Source: Octopus vulgaris | Taxonomy: Eukaryota | Reading direction: 5' to 3' | Length of the DNA stretch: 64,000 nt | Assembly: GCA_951406725.2 (NCBI GenBank) | Contig: OX597815.1 | Location: 44,826,001-44,890,000, forward strand | Shown here: piece by piece, positions 1 to 13,234 of the stretch | Position numbering within the stretch: position 1 is the stretch's first letter | Layout: each line of letters opens with the position of its first letter | Translations under genes and position numbers: made by a program | The notes under the pieces: generated by a model | Databases searched by the model: none | What the model was told of the DNA's origin: nothing | What the model saw: the letters and a program-made list of their open reading frames with translations, nothing else

Positions 1-2243
1 CTGAGACATCCTCGGATAGCGGTAAAAATCGATTTTCATTCATAACTTTTACCAATTTTCACGTCGGTGAAATCCGTTGTTTGCTAACATGAATTAAGTC
101 CCCTGCAATGGCGACTATTATACAGAAAAAACAAAGATAAACTATTTTGTTTTGGGATTTGGTTTGCAAGATTCTTTCTGTGAGTTCATGTGGTCTGAAA
201 GAAATATATATATAGTTTTAATTATACAGAAAAACAGAGATGAACCGCTCTGAAAGAAATGTATATACAGTATACATATAGATAATTAATGTTGGTTTAT
301 TCAATTAGAAAACAAAACCTAATGACGATGTAATTAGCAACTAGCACATTTTGTTTCTTAGTTTTTGTTTGCTTTAATATTTAAATTCTTTACTTGACTT
401 ATTTTTTATTTCTGTTCGCTAGAAACCTCACGACAAATTTTGTTCAGCCGCAACATTCTTTCCATTCATTTCTGTTCATGAAATTCTCTGTACGTAATTC
501 TGATTTCTCGGTAGTCGAAGCAAATCGATGACTTCGTGCTGTAGCCATTTTCCTTCTGATGTGATTTAAAGCATTTTTTTATATGTGGCATTTCCACATT
601 AGAAACGAGTTCCGAACATGCTATTCAAGTTTGCTGAAACTTATCTCCTGCCACTCAAAATAACAACTCAATGGGATAAAGAGTACACGCATCACAACAA
701 CAATAACAATGTTGTGTGTGCGTAGACTTACAATATACCCTACGTTAAGAAATTTTTACACGATTATTCAATAAATCTCAAATGGGATACAGAGTACACG
801 CTTTATCCGCCTATACAGAGCAACGGGACCCGCTTGGTAGTCAAGTCTGCAGATTGCCATGCCCATCAACAAATCCCAAGGCCAAACACTATCGGTGGCG
901 GGCATCCATTTGGCGGGCATCCATTTGCTTTTCACACGGGCAACTTTATGTAGCCTGATCCTGTGTGGGGAGTAGAAACGCTTTTTTTGTGTGTATGCTC
1001 CTCAGGGCAGAACACGTAATGTTGTCTATAGCGAAGTTTTATAGACGTAGATAAAAGAACAAGTAAGGCATCATTTCAGCCGATGTGGTTATAAACAGGT
1101 GATCCGGAAGCGTTGGCTGCGCATATTCTCAAACCATGGCTACATGATTCCTAGATTCTTCCTCTTCATTATTGGACAATGTTGACTTCTCCAACAACAA
1201 TGCTCACAGTGCTTGGCCAAGTTGCTCATAGAGTTAGGCTAGAAGGGCCAGCCCCCTTATTTTTATTATTTTTTTTTGTTAAGGCTGTTGGTAAGTTTTC
1301 CTAAGTTACTCCAATCCGGATCCCCAATGCAAACCTTCGAATCAACCTTCTCCAGTGCGGATCTCTAATGCAACCTTATCCAATCCAAATCTTTGAGTCA
1401 AACTTCTTCACTGCAGATCTACAATGCAAACCTTCGATACAACCTTCTCCAATGCAGATCTTCGATGCAGCCTTGACCGATAGTAACTTTAGGAGGGGTT
1501 AGGATTATATTGGGATTAGTTGCTGCCTTTTAGAGGCTCCCGAGAACCCTTTCGCTAGGTTAGCTTAGGCTTACGTTAAGGCTTAGTCGTGATCTGAACA
1601 TAACCTCTTCTGACACAGAGCATAGGGAGCCCTTTCGGGTTTTCAATTTTCCTTGCTGGAAGGGCTCCCAACCCGTAGGCAAAGGGATGGTTTAGATGAT
1701 GTGGGGGGCGGGGTCGAAAGGGCCGGCATGTGCTACCTGATTACCTCTGCCGTTCAAACTCCTGACCCATGCGTTCCCGTCGCGAGACTGATTCTGCAGA
1801 ACTGGGTTGTGTGTGAAAACCAACTTTAAAGTATAGAATCAGTAATGCTGTGTTCAGTTAAGTCTTATTTGGAGTGTAAAATCAATAAACCGATTCTTTA
1901 TGGGTTTTTCCATTCCATCAGGATGATAATCCGATTCCGTATAGGATTCCCCATAACTTTGACCAGTTTTGACGTATTTTGTTGAAACTTGATGCCGTCG
2001 TTACTTAGGACTCATGGGATCTTTGACTGCTTTAAGTTCTCAAGAGAAATAACCATCGATGAGTGCAAAAATCAATAAACCGATACCTTATGGGATTTCT
2101 CAATCAAATTGTCTCCAACCCATTTTCAGCCAAACGTTTACCAATGGATTTCACTCTAATTTGACATCGGTGTTTAAAACAAAGCGCTTGATTAGCTTAA
2201 TAAACCTAACTTAATCCCGGGCAACGCCAGGATATACTGTTAG
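1..2243 (+). mobile_element. Non-autonomous/decayed Helitron (5' end probably outside the window)
   Basis: Contains a PIF1-helicase C-terminal remnant (856-1044). Ends in a GC hairpin ATCCCGGGCAACGCCAGGAT (2214-2233) followed by TTAG|T, a CTAG-like terminus at 2243. Internal short direct repeats and a minisatellite at about 1310-1475. The left boundary is uncertain. Confidence 0.65.
856..1044 (+). pseudogene. Helitron RepHel PIF1-helicase C-terminal fragment
   Basis: Manual translation AMPINKSQGQTLSVAGIHL..FSHGQLYVA*SCVGSRN..YAPQGRTRNVVYSEVL*, matching the PIF1 motifs 'TINKSQGQT' and 'FSHGQLYVA.SRV'. Disrupted by a 15-bp duplication, frameshifts and a stop codon. Confidence 0.9.
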
Positions 2244-2377
2244 TATATATATATATATATGTATGTATGTATATATGTATGTATGTATGGATGTATGTAT
2301 GTATGTATGTATGTATGTATGTATGTATGTATGTATGTATGTATGTATGTATGTATGTATGTATGTATATGTATATA
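2244..2377. repeat. (TA)n/(TATG)n compound microsatellite
   Basis: Directly visible; source of spurious MYVC/IHTY ORFs. Confidence 0.98.
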
Positions 2378-3285
2378 CGGCGGGTTTTTTCGGATTCTGT
2401 CTACCAAATCCACTCAAAAGGCTTTTGTAACTTTAATTTGCATGTTTATTCAAAAGCTGATATGCTAGTCGCTGTTATGTATGCCACTGGTGTACAACTT
2501 CTCAGTTTTACGACAACATTGTGTCCATTACAAACTCGGCTCACTGACACGAGAGTTTGAGACACTGGTGTGTTTCTTTAGTTACACGTCACTCGGGCCT
2601 TTGTGCAATTAACGTAGACAAAAACAAAAAAAAAGGAAAATGCAAGTTATAAATTGTGTGCAAATAGAATAAGATTTTCAGATGTCTGTGTCTTGATATT
2701 TATTTTGATCTTTCGTTGTAAAAAACATAAATGCATTGACTTCGAAACGAAATAAAACCGAACCAAACAAATTTTTGAAGCGAATGGAAACTTTCTATCG
2801 TTAAATGACTGCCTCCTACCAAATGAATCAATTACCTGTTTGCATGTGGGGGATTATTATCTAAAAAAAAACAAGAATTCAAAGCAATTATAGTGGTTAT
2901 TGATGGGGATTTCTAACTATAAGATAAGCTTCGCTGAAAGTTTTTTAAAAAAAGAGGGAAGGAACATGATATTTTCTGCAAAGAATGTTAAAAAATAATG
3001 CAATTTCTTTTAAAAATTAGCATAAAGAAAACAAGTAAATCAAGACAAAAAAATAGTTATCAAGTGTGGAACATGTGTGCATGTTTTAAAGTGGTGTCGG
3101 AAGGGTAAGAGTTGAGCTATCACTATAAGATAAATGAGCCGTTTGCTAGTTCCGTGAAGAAACTGTAAGTAGGTCGCCATTTGCAATCTAGATAAAATAC
3201 TTCAAAACGAAATCTAAGCTGCAAGTCTGTAAAAGAAATTAGTTATGCCAGAATGTGTCAAACGAAAATTGAATTGCTTTGGATT

Positions 3286-3287
<2 letters not shown>

Positions 3288-3332
<45 letters not shown>

Positions 3333-3341
3333 GTATGTATG

Positions 3342-3413
<72 letters not shown>

Positions 3414-3440
3414 TATATGTATGTGTATATATATATATGT
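3288..3440. repeat. (TA)n microsatellite
   Basis: Directly visible. Confidence 0.98.
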
Positions 3441-3637
3441 TTGTATGGATATGCGTTTGCGTGTTAATTTCATGCCATGTTTTCGAAACAACTAACAAAT
3501 ACATGGCTTTTGCGATAGTATCTGCTTGTTGATCAGAATAATGTGGTTATAGGCTATTATTTACAATAGATTGAAAGAATCACTAACCTGAAAGTATCGA
3601 TCCTATTTTTCCGTAAGGCAAATAATTCTAACCGTAT

Positions 3638-3980
<343 letters not shown>

Positions 3981-4244
3981 TATCGTTGCTATTATGCAAA
4001 AGCGTCTATGTCCAAGACGTTGCTGTTTCAGAAATCGAAGAAATAGTTCCACCATTCCATAGCAAAACTGTTGTACTACACTTTGACCGTTTTTGATATC
4101 TTGACACCTGAAGCAGCTGGAGATACGATAGTTTGACCAAAAGAACCGGCTCTTGCAAGCAAAAATAAATATTGAAAAAAAAGACGCATTTTGCCAAAAT
4201 TGGATATACTACAATTTAACATAATAGCTACGATATATTTATGA

Positions 4245-4522
4245 TGGACACTCTCATGGAAGACGACGGATGCGCGTTTAGCGTTTTGCCATGCGACCTG
4301 CAAAAACGATTTGTTTATCGTGATCAAATTGGTCGTGCTGCGTATTTGATCACTCTTTCCGTCAAATTGACGTTGTCTGAACAGTTTGCACGGTGTACCA
4401 CGCGTGAAGTGTCGAAGTGATCGCGGTGCAACGTGAGATGAAGTGTTTTGCTCAAGAAAACAACGCACCACTCGGCCGAGGTATTGAAATCTCGACCTCT
4501 AATCACTATCCCATGCGTCCTC
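4245..4522 (-). mobile_element. SINE (second copy at 39405-39675)
   Basis: About 270 bp homologous to 39405-39675, including GAAGTGTTTTGCTCAAGAAAACAAC next to a degenerate tRNA head on the minus strand. Confidence 0.7.
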
Positions 4523-4651
4523 ACACACATACACAGAGGCACACACACATACACACACATTCATATATATATGTGTATATGCATTACGTATGTATATATA
4601 TAAATATATATATATTTATCTGTAAATGTAATATGAGAGAATTATTTGGTA

Positions 4652-4721
4652 GCCATGATAAAACTTCGAGTTTCAGATGCCGGGATGGAAATCCACGCCG
4701 CCATCTCTTCAGTTATCCGGC
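4652..4721 (-). ncRNA. Type-I hammerhead ribozyme motif (antisense arm)
   Basis: Reverse complement: AUAA-CUGAAGA-GAUG..CAUC-U-GAAA-CUCGAAG-UU-UUAUCAUGGC. Confidence 0.65.
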
Positions 4722-4754
4722 CATCGGAAAAATTTTCATAATATTTTTCAGATG

Positions 4755-4824
4755 GCCGTATAACTGAAGAGATGGCAGCGTGGACTTCCACCCCGACATC
4801 CGAAACTCGGAGTTTTATCATGGC
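4755..4824 (+). ncRNA. Type-I hammerhead ribozyme motif
   Basis: Stem I GCCGU-AUAA/UUAU-C-AUGGC; core CUGAAGA (4764-4770); stem II GAUG..GUGGA/UCCAC..CAUC; GAAA (4802-4805); near-palindromic stem III ACUCGGAGU; cleavage triplet GUU. Confidence 0.75.
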
Positions 4825-4939
4825 TACCGAATAATTGTCACATATTACATTTACAGATAAATTCCTCTATTTACGGGTCTCTTTTTATGCTTTTGTTGTT
4901 TTACCATTTCTATCAATATATATATAAATATATATATAT

Positions 4940-5128
4940 ATTGAGGGAGAATTCACAAAAAAACAAAAGACGAAGACAGGTGGTGTAGACAACAAACAGA
5001 TGTATTAGTATAACGCTCGGGAATTGAAAAAGTCTTTAATGTTTCGAGCTTACGCTCTTCCACAGAGAGGAACACAGAAAGAAACAAGGAGAGAAAATAA
5101 AGAATGTGTAGTGGCTAGCGATCTATCA
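4940..5128 (-). mobile_element. Penelope-like element 3' end fragment with HHR-like motif
   Basis: Homologous to 8455-8640. The reverse complement has CUGUGGA-A-GAGC-GUAA-GCUC-GAAAC. Confidence 0.65.
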
Positions 5129-5279
5129 TTATATGTGTGTGTGTATCCATGTGTATGTATGGATATATATATGTATATTTGTGTGTGTGCGTGCGTGTGT
5201 GTTTGTGTGTGTGTGTGTGTGTGTGTATGCGCGTGTTTGTATGTAGTATGCTTGCATGTACGAATGTATGTAAATTTTT

Positions 5280-6140
5280 AAACCAATCGCTCCCACGAGC
5301 ACATTCAAACCACACTACTATGTTTGCTAGGTTAATCAGTCGCCACCTACTTTCCATTACCGCTCAGCATGGATCTGCACATTCCAGAACAGGAGAGGAA
5401 TAACGCTTCATATTCCGACTCGGAACTATGTCGCCAACGAGTTTAAATAAACGTTTTTGCTTCTACTCCGATTCCTGCTCTTAGTTTAGAAATCCGATTT
5501 TTATCCGTCATTCAGTCCTTCTCTTTTTCTTTTTCTTTTTTTTTTCAGCATCTAACGTAAAAAGGCTCTAATTGCAATTTTTTTTTCACCACTCATTACC
5601 GAAACTATAAAAGAAAACAAACAATAAACAATTGAGCTCTATATGTTATATATGAAAATAAAGAATAAAGAATTCGAGAACGATTGAACAACAAGTTGTA
5701 GCAAATTAATGATATAACAGGGAGATTACAAGTAGCCAAAATTCAACAATGAAAATCCGAAAAACTTTTGACATAACCTGTTATACTGCTCATTACGTGA
5801 TGTGTATATGACATTTATCGCACATTTATAAACGGTTAGCCATTGAATATTAGTAAGGGATTCACTTGAAACAATTTATAGATTTAAAGATTTATGTGAA
5901 ACAAGTCCATATGCTTTTTTTCTTGATTCTCTTTTCTTTTCTCTTTTCTTATCACCGTTCAGCTCTTCTTTATCTCTTCTTGCACTTCCCACTTGTATCC
6001 GATGAATAACTGCCTGAAACTTTATAATTTTACTCTATAATTCTTTTCCTATTAACAGTGACCGTCCCTTGGACTTCTGTAGTTGTTTTTTTTTTGTTTT
6101 CATGTATTTGATTTGTTTTATGTAAGTCTGTTTTTGCGTG
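5280..6140 (+). mobile_element. Decayed Penelope-like element 3' region
   Basis: 5393-5455 reads 'EE*RFIFRLGTMSPTSLNKRF', resembling a GIY-YIG C-terminus. A relic CCGAUGAA..GAAAC lies at about 5999-6020. Confidence 0.5.
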
Positions 6141-8311
6141 TACGCGTGTGTATATGAGTAAAAGACTGATTTTTCACGGGACTAACAGAAGTAGCTAAGT
6201 CCTTTTCGTTTCTGTTATCAGCGGACGAAAATTGCTGATACCTTGAACAATTCGGCTCTTTTGAAAGTGAAATTGGTTTCAGACTGATTCAGGGACTCTG
6301 ATTTTAAATGTTTCAATTTTTGCCTAACACCTAAATTTCAGCCGCTACGCACTATAGGCCAGAAATATGAAATTCCTCATTTGTAACATTTTAGGAAATG
6401 CTACCACATCTTCATTTCAATCCAGATTATTAATTCAAAATTGAAATAGCATCTGAAATACATTTTAAAATGGAAGTAGTTAGTGTCTTAGAAAACTTAT
6501 TTTCCACAAGCATTTAGTTTCTGTGTTACAGAAGTGGAATAAAAAGAGCTAGTCTCTAAGGTAATAGGTTAGTAAAAAGGTATAGATACTTCCACCAGCA
6601 TAAACCATACATATTAACTGAGAAAGTTGTTGGCATAGCTTTTTTACATAAAATATCAATGACAATAGCTATTACCAGAGGACTAAGGCAGATATAAACT
6701 CCTAACCCTCCCTCTTATGTACAATAACCTCTAAGGTTTGAAAGTTTATGGGATTGGAAGAATAGTTTGAAAGATTTCCTCAGCTAGTCTGTACATAATG
6801 CTAACCTAGATGACTGTAGGCACCTGATTCTTTATTTATTTCAGTATTTGTATGACTTGTAACTTCAAGCGATTAGTCCTAATTAAAACTAATCTTTATT
6901 TATAAACTATCGACTTTATTTATAGCTTGTCTTTCATTACTAAGTTAAACTTGTAATTTAATATGCCTTTAACTGAAGGGTGTAGGAAGAGAATATTTTA
7001 CTTATTTTGGAAGGAAACTCGCCGAACAAGATAGACTATATCCCCTTATACTTCTTGCCAAACTTGTGTCGTAAAACTAAAGAAATGGACCATAGATAAA
7101 AGCTGTCCCATAGCAGCAACAAACTATCAGCTATTATGTACACCATTTAAGTGATATTTGATGTACTATATTGTATTTTTTTTAGATGGAATGTGCAAGA
7201 ATCGATAAAGTTGTATTATAACATAAACCACCTTTTAAAACAACTTTACAGACTACGTCTAATTTCATTCATATAAAAGTTAGTACTGTTCCTAAATGTA
7301 ATAGTCCTGCATCTTTGCTTAAAACAGCTATTGTGTCGTATGGCTGCAACTTCTGATATACAATATGTGTATTTCGTATGCACTATATTGATAAGATATG
7401 AAAATGCTTTTCTGAAAAACATTGGCACAAATTCTAACAACAGATTTGAAATCAGCGCCCAAAATTTAGATAAGATGGTCGCCTTTCATAAAAAAAATAA
7501 GCAAATGATTATCAGAAATCTACTGCACAGGTACTGTTTGCCTGGACATTTCCCTCAATTTAGATTGAAAACTATGGCGAACAAATTTCCTTGGGATATT
7601 AAATCCTACATCTTTTGCTTTATATATTAAAATTCAACCGATGTCAATTTTCGCTCATCATTCATACGGGGCTATAAAATAAGTGTAGATGTCATACTCA
7701 AGTGATTTAATCTGCTATATCATCTACTGAAATCGGTGGTCGTAAATCAATGTTAGAAACCGTTTAATAATGAAGAACATAGTAATAAATTAAATCTATA
7801 GCGTATGATCTTTTCTGTAGTGCTTGTATATTTCCGAGATAATGGGTAAAGGACGAAAATGAACATCTGAAAAACAGAGAAATCTGGAAAAATAAGTAAC
7901 GTTATACTTATACGGAAAATTCATCTACAGGAACTAAGTGAATCAACAGTCATTTTTGACAGTATGTGATTGTATATGTGAGCATAGGTATGTGTATGTA
8001 TGTATGTATGTATGTATGTATGTATGTATGTATGTATGTATGTATGTATGTATGTATGTATGGATGGATGGATGGATGGATGGATGGATGGATGACTATA
8101 TTTATGTATGCATATATATATATGACTGTATGTACACTTATATGTACGTATTGTACGTATGCTATACATATTTAGCAACAGTCTATGTATCAGCTAATCT
8201 GTCAGCCACACCGTATATGTGAGGATTTGTGTACACATGAATATCTAGCTATCTATGTATCTATCTATCTATTTATCTATCTATCTATCTGCCTATCTGC
8301 CTATCTGTCTG

Positions 8312-8357
<46 letters not shown>

Positions 8358-8388
8358 GGGAGAGACAGAGAGAGAAATAGAAAGGTCG

Positions 8389-8438
<50 letters not shown>

Positions 8439-8454
8439 GTATGTATGTATGTAT

Positions 8455-9100
8455 ATTTACAAGAAAAAAGACGAAGACAGAGGAATGAACAACAAGCAGG
8501 TGTATTAATTTTGATGGTCGAGAAAGTGAGAAAGTCCTTTACGTTTCAAGCCTTACTCTTCAGCAGAAAGGAATAAGAGAAAATAAACAGAGAGAAAAAA
8601 ATTTTTAACTTTTAGATTTAGCGGTCAAGTATGGTGACTAGTTGAAAAAAAGGTTTGATAGGAGAGGTTGAAGAGAGAAGGTGGGCGGGAGTGAAAAGAG
8701 AAAGTGTCAGATAAAGAGAGGAGAGGAGGGGAGTCAGATAAAGAGAGGAGGGGAGTTGATCCCATGTGACGCAAAGAAGCGAAGAGAGAAGATTAAATCC
8801 TGTTCACTGCGAAGGCGAGAGTCCGGATGGCCTCTGTGCAAAGATAATCCGAACACAGACGGGTGTTGTAATGAATGACCGGTAGAGCGGAAATGGCACG
8901 CGAAAAGAGTGTCATTGCCGAGTCTAATGTCTCAGTGGTGCTCCGCGAACCGATATATAGAGAAGAGCAGAGAGAGCAGGAGATGCAGTAAATGACGTTG
9001 CTCGAAGTGCAGGTAAAGGAGTCAGTGATGTAATATGATTGGGACGATGATGGGTGCTTGTGAGGATGAGTGGTGTTGGAGGGGTAGGGGCAAGACCATA
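8455..9100 (-). mobile_element. 5'-truncated Penelope-like retroelement (GIY-YIG endonuclease remnant + 3' UTR)
   Basis: ORF 8793-9191(-) includes 'FTCTSSNVIYCISCSLCSSLYIG'. Another frame continues '..IRLGNDT..CHFRSTGH..GLSLHRGHPDSRLRSEQDLIFSL..HGIN'. HHR-like CUGCUGA..GAAACGUA at about 8535-8572; ends in (TA)n. Confidence 0.85.
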
Positions 9101-9230
9101 TTATTATTTCCCAGGTCAAATTATTCATGTATCTCATGTATGGTACAAATTGATTCAGAGGTGTTGCTGTGCATAGGGGACACACAGACAACGAATTTTA
9201 TATTGTAAGATACATATTTTTAAATGTGTG

Positions 9231-9263
<33 letters not shown>

Positions 9264-9302
9264 ATGTATATATGTATATATGTATATATATATATATATA
9301 TG

Positions 9303-9369
<67 letters not shown>

Positions 9370-9404
9370 TTATACGTATATATATATGTGTATATATATA
9401 TAAT

Positions 9405-10325
9405 ATAGATAATATATAAATATCTGCACATATACGTACATATATGTACATACCTACATATATATGTATATATACATGCATCTATGGATACAGGACATCA
9501 AAAAAACGCTGAACACAATGAGAAACGAAAACATAAAAAAAAACATAGAAACGAACTTTTTTTCGAACAACGAAAAAAACAAACAAAGAAACGAGACATA
9601 TTCCCTTTCTCTAGTTGCCCCTGTTTCAACTACTCCGCATTAGGAAAGCAAGGACAAGACGCGACTTCATTGGAACAATCCTTCCCGCAAAGCAAATTAA
9701 ATAAAAAATTGGGGATTTTTTGCGGAGGGTGAAAGTGGTAACAAGAACAGGTCAGTGAGAACAAAACAGTAAAAACAAACGGTGAGGGCTGTTAAACCAA
9801 GACAATAGAAAAATTATTATGAGCGCTAGGAAGACGAGCTTATGAAGGAGACAGTATAAGCACGTTTAGTCTTTAGGAAGGTTGTGGGTAGAAAGGTAGA
9901 TTCTCTTTCGTCACGTGTTAGCAACGAGAGAGTCGAGGATGAGGAGTGAGAGAGAGGGAATGGTGAAGAGGAGAGGAGAAGAATAGAGAATGGTGAAGAG
10001 GAGGGGAGAAGAATAGGGAATGGTGAAGAGGAGAGGAGAAGAATAGGGAAAAGTGGGAGAGAAAACCAGAAAGGATGAAGAACAAGAGAGGGAGAGAGAT
10101 AAACAAAGAAGAGATAGTAAAGATAGAAGAGTGTGCATCGTAATTATTAAGATAAAACTTACTTGGAAAAGGATGCGTGACGTTCGATCATATAATATTA
10201 TAAATAATATATAAATATATGCATGTATACATATATGTACATACCGACACATATATGTTTATATACATGCATATATGGGTACAGGACATCAAATAAACGT
10301 TGAACACAATGAGAAACGAAAACAT
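9405..10325. mobile_element. ~790-bp repeat unit in partial tandem (second copy at 58925-59716)
   Basis: TACAGGACATC...GAGAAACGAAAACAT occurs at 9489 and 10280 (offset 791). Colinear with 58925-59716; flanked by (TA)n-rich sequence. Confidence 0.8.
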
Positions 10326-11202
10326 GTTTGTATGTATGTGTGCGTGTGTTTTGTGTGTTATCGGATTTATGATAGTTGTATATATGAGTGTATGTTTCTG
10401 TTTACATTATAAACTAGATACGTAGACAAATAAACAGACATACAGTCAACCACAGAGAAAACGAGTGACGGGATGGATCAACAGTCAGTATTGTATATGC
10501 GGTGAATACGTATGTAAGAGTGCGAGTATATGTATGTGCGTGTGTATGTGTGTGTGTGTATGTATGTATGTATGTATGATGTATGTATGTATGTATGTAT
10601 GTATGTATGTATGTATGTACGTATGTATGTATATGAACAGGCGTGTATGTTTGTATATCTGCGATAAAGGATCTTCTGAAAATCCGTGAACTAGATTTCA
10701 TTGATCTTTTTTTAACTGCCAATTTACCCGACATTTCAAAAGCGGCATCATGTGAATATATTAAACTAAACACCTGAAAAAAGGAAACATTCAAGCTTTC
10801 AATAGCAATGACACCTGTAACTTTCATTGTCTTAAAGTTAATTAGTCAAATAAAGATTCTTGTTCAGCATATATGAATGTCAAATAAAGTATTTAAGCGA
10901 GCGTATTCGTCAGTTTGTGACGTTGCCGTCATTGTAAACATACGTACATACACACACACACATACATACATACATACATACATACATACATACATACATA
11001 CATACATACATACATACATACATGCATGCATGCATATGTGTGTGTATATATATATATGTGAGTGTGTATGTGTGTATGCACATTTATATATACATTTGAA
11101 TATATATATGTATATACATACCTATATTTATTTATGTATGTCTGTACGTATCTATGTATAAAGATAGATAGATATAGACACATACACAAACATACACACA
11201 CA

Positions 11203-11277
<75 letters not shown>

Positions 11278-11699
11278 GAAATTCAACGTCGACTTTCCAG
11301 ACACTGTTGGCGACCTGGATCTTATAATCCGCACTAATTTACAAGCAGGGACTTCAAACGACCGAGACCGCCAGATTAGTTAGCTGATACCACGGTACAG
11401 TATTAATAAACTTTTCTATTTTACAGGCATCTGTGTTTCATTTAATTACTAAAGTAAATTTAAAATTTGTTTAATTATAAATATTTTGACCAAAGTGACC
11501 ACTCTCGATGTAGAATGTTCAATACCCTGGAAAGACTTAAAAATCAAATGTTCCGGAAAATCGATGCTGCACTTGTATATACAGGATGCGTAAATATTTT
11601 TTTGTTTCTTTTGAGGCCGTTTGTATGAGTTTAAAAGATGCATGGAAACAAATTGATACCAATATTCTTGAGAAGCCTTTAATCATATCTGTTGAATGA

Positions 11700-12605
11700 A
11701 TCCACCGTTTCAATCTCTAGCTGCTTCAGTACGAGACCGGAAGTGTTCAAATGTCCGAATCAAATGGTCTTTATCAATTTTGGACATAGTACTATTTATT
11801 GCGGACTTGAGAGATTGTATGGTGTTATGGAGTGTGTGAATTGACCTCTCTCGACTACGCTCCACATGTACACTGTCCAGTGGATTGAGAGCTGCTGAGC
11901 CTAGAGGCCAGGTGACTGGGAGAGCGTGATCATAGAGGTTGGAGCACATTCACGTTTTTGTTGTCCTAGCCTTATGAGACGTCACTGAGTCCTTTTAGAA
12001 GACGTACAGTCTTCCGTTGCGTACTTTATCTATTCAGGGCCTCAACTTTCTCCAACACCTCTCTGTAGACAGCGGCATTGACTCTTAGGCCCCGTTTAAA
12101 AACGTGAGGTGGCATGGTATCTCTCTAGCTTCTAACAACTCACAGGACGATCACAGTTGTTGGGAACTTAGCGTGCATGACCGTTGGAGCTTTATTCGGG
12201 TCTCTGCATAACCATCCATCTGTCTTTCTTTCGGTTTACCATTTGGTCCTGGTCGAAGGTTTTCTCATCGAAGAAAGCCCAAAGCATTTTAGTCCCTCGG
12301 TGTATTAATTTTGTTTAGTAAGCTCTTTGCGCGTATCGAACGACTCTCTCTCGTCACATTTGACATAGACTGACTTCCTTCCGCATCACATACGACTTGT
12401 ACCTGATGTTCTCATGAACAACTCTTCTGGTTGTGATTTCTGAAACCTTGAGGTACTCTAAAATGGTTCTCATTGATTTTCGAGGTTTTATCGATTATTT
12501 CTTGGACTCTTTGTACAAAGTCATGTGTACTGATGGTGATAGGACACTGTGGCCGCGTTTTGTGTTTAGCTGCTGATGTTAAATCCTCGTCACCAGCTTT
12601 CAACT
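11700..12605 (-). pseudogene. Decayed Tc1/mariner-superfamily (maT/DD37D-like) transposase
   Basis: Fragments 'TISTHDFVQRVQEIID', 'IRYKSYVMRK', 'FFDEKTFDQDQ', 'MPPHVFKRGLRVN' and 'WPLGSAALNPLD' (equivalent to WPPNSPDLNPLD); many frameshifts. Confidence 0.85.
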
Positions 12606-12789
12606 GGAACTACTAAAAATATTAGTTTGTTACTTACGAAAAGATGGGTAACATTACAGTTTGTACTTAGGAGTAAACAAAATCCCACGCTGAGTTTATT
12701 ATAGAATGCACAAAATCAGATTAGCGTCAAGGAACGTTGTTTTCACATTTTGCTGGACTTGAATGATGATGTAGTACCTATGGCTTACA

Positions 12790-12935
12790 CAAGCCTTCCT
12801 CTACCCTATGGTCAGGTCCTTGTGCTGTGGTGGTTTGTATGCCCCAATGACTATAAAAGTTATGCCAGTGGAGTTCAAGCTCCTGGCAGAGCCTCCTGTG
12901 CTGCACAGGCCAAAGGACAGGGGCCAGATTAATAT
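12790..12935 (+). mobile_element. Probable RTE-clade LINE 5' UTR fragment
   Basis: CCTTGTGCTGTGGTGG..CCAATGAC..AGTTATGCC..CTCCTGGCAGAGCCTCC..CAGGCCAAAGG..GCCAGA resembles the RTE/Expander 5' end as I recall it. Confidence 0.5.
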
Positions 12936-13234
12936 GGACCAACTCTTCACATAGATAAATATAAGATTTGCGCAGAGCCAACACACCTACGTAAATAGAG
13001 CAGTTACAGAAGCATCGATAAAAATTCAAAATCCTTAAGATTTGGGAGAGAATGGCTTTCCCACATATGCGCAAAACCGAAAGGAAGCTAGCCAAAATAG
13101 CAAGGATCTAACTGGAGAAATGCAGAAAAGACAACCCAAAGTCGAAAACAGTGGAGAAAAGTCGTCAAATGGACTATATTCCATAGGGAGCGAAGGATTC
13201 AAGTAGTAAGTATGATGGCCCACCTAGACCGGAG

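Larger units (their letters stand above)
4614..4915. mobile_element. Fold-back element with a hammerhead ribozyme in each arm plus a one-sided tail (Penelope pLTR-like)
   Basis: Near-perfect inverted repeat at 4614-4862 with an unpaired ~53-nt tail on the right, inserted in (TA)n. Confidence 0.8.

Noticed and set aside
6270-7250. Coding-looking AT-rich stretch
   Set aside because: Stops in the frames I tried and no motif I could recognise; possibly an old TE.
12790-12935. HDV-like ribozyme in the RTE-type 5' UTR
   Set aside because: Such ribozymes are known for some RTE elements, but I could not assemble the nested double pseudoknot from this decayed copy.
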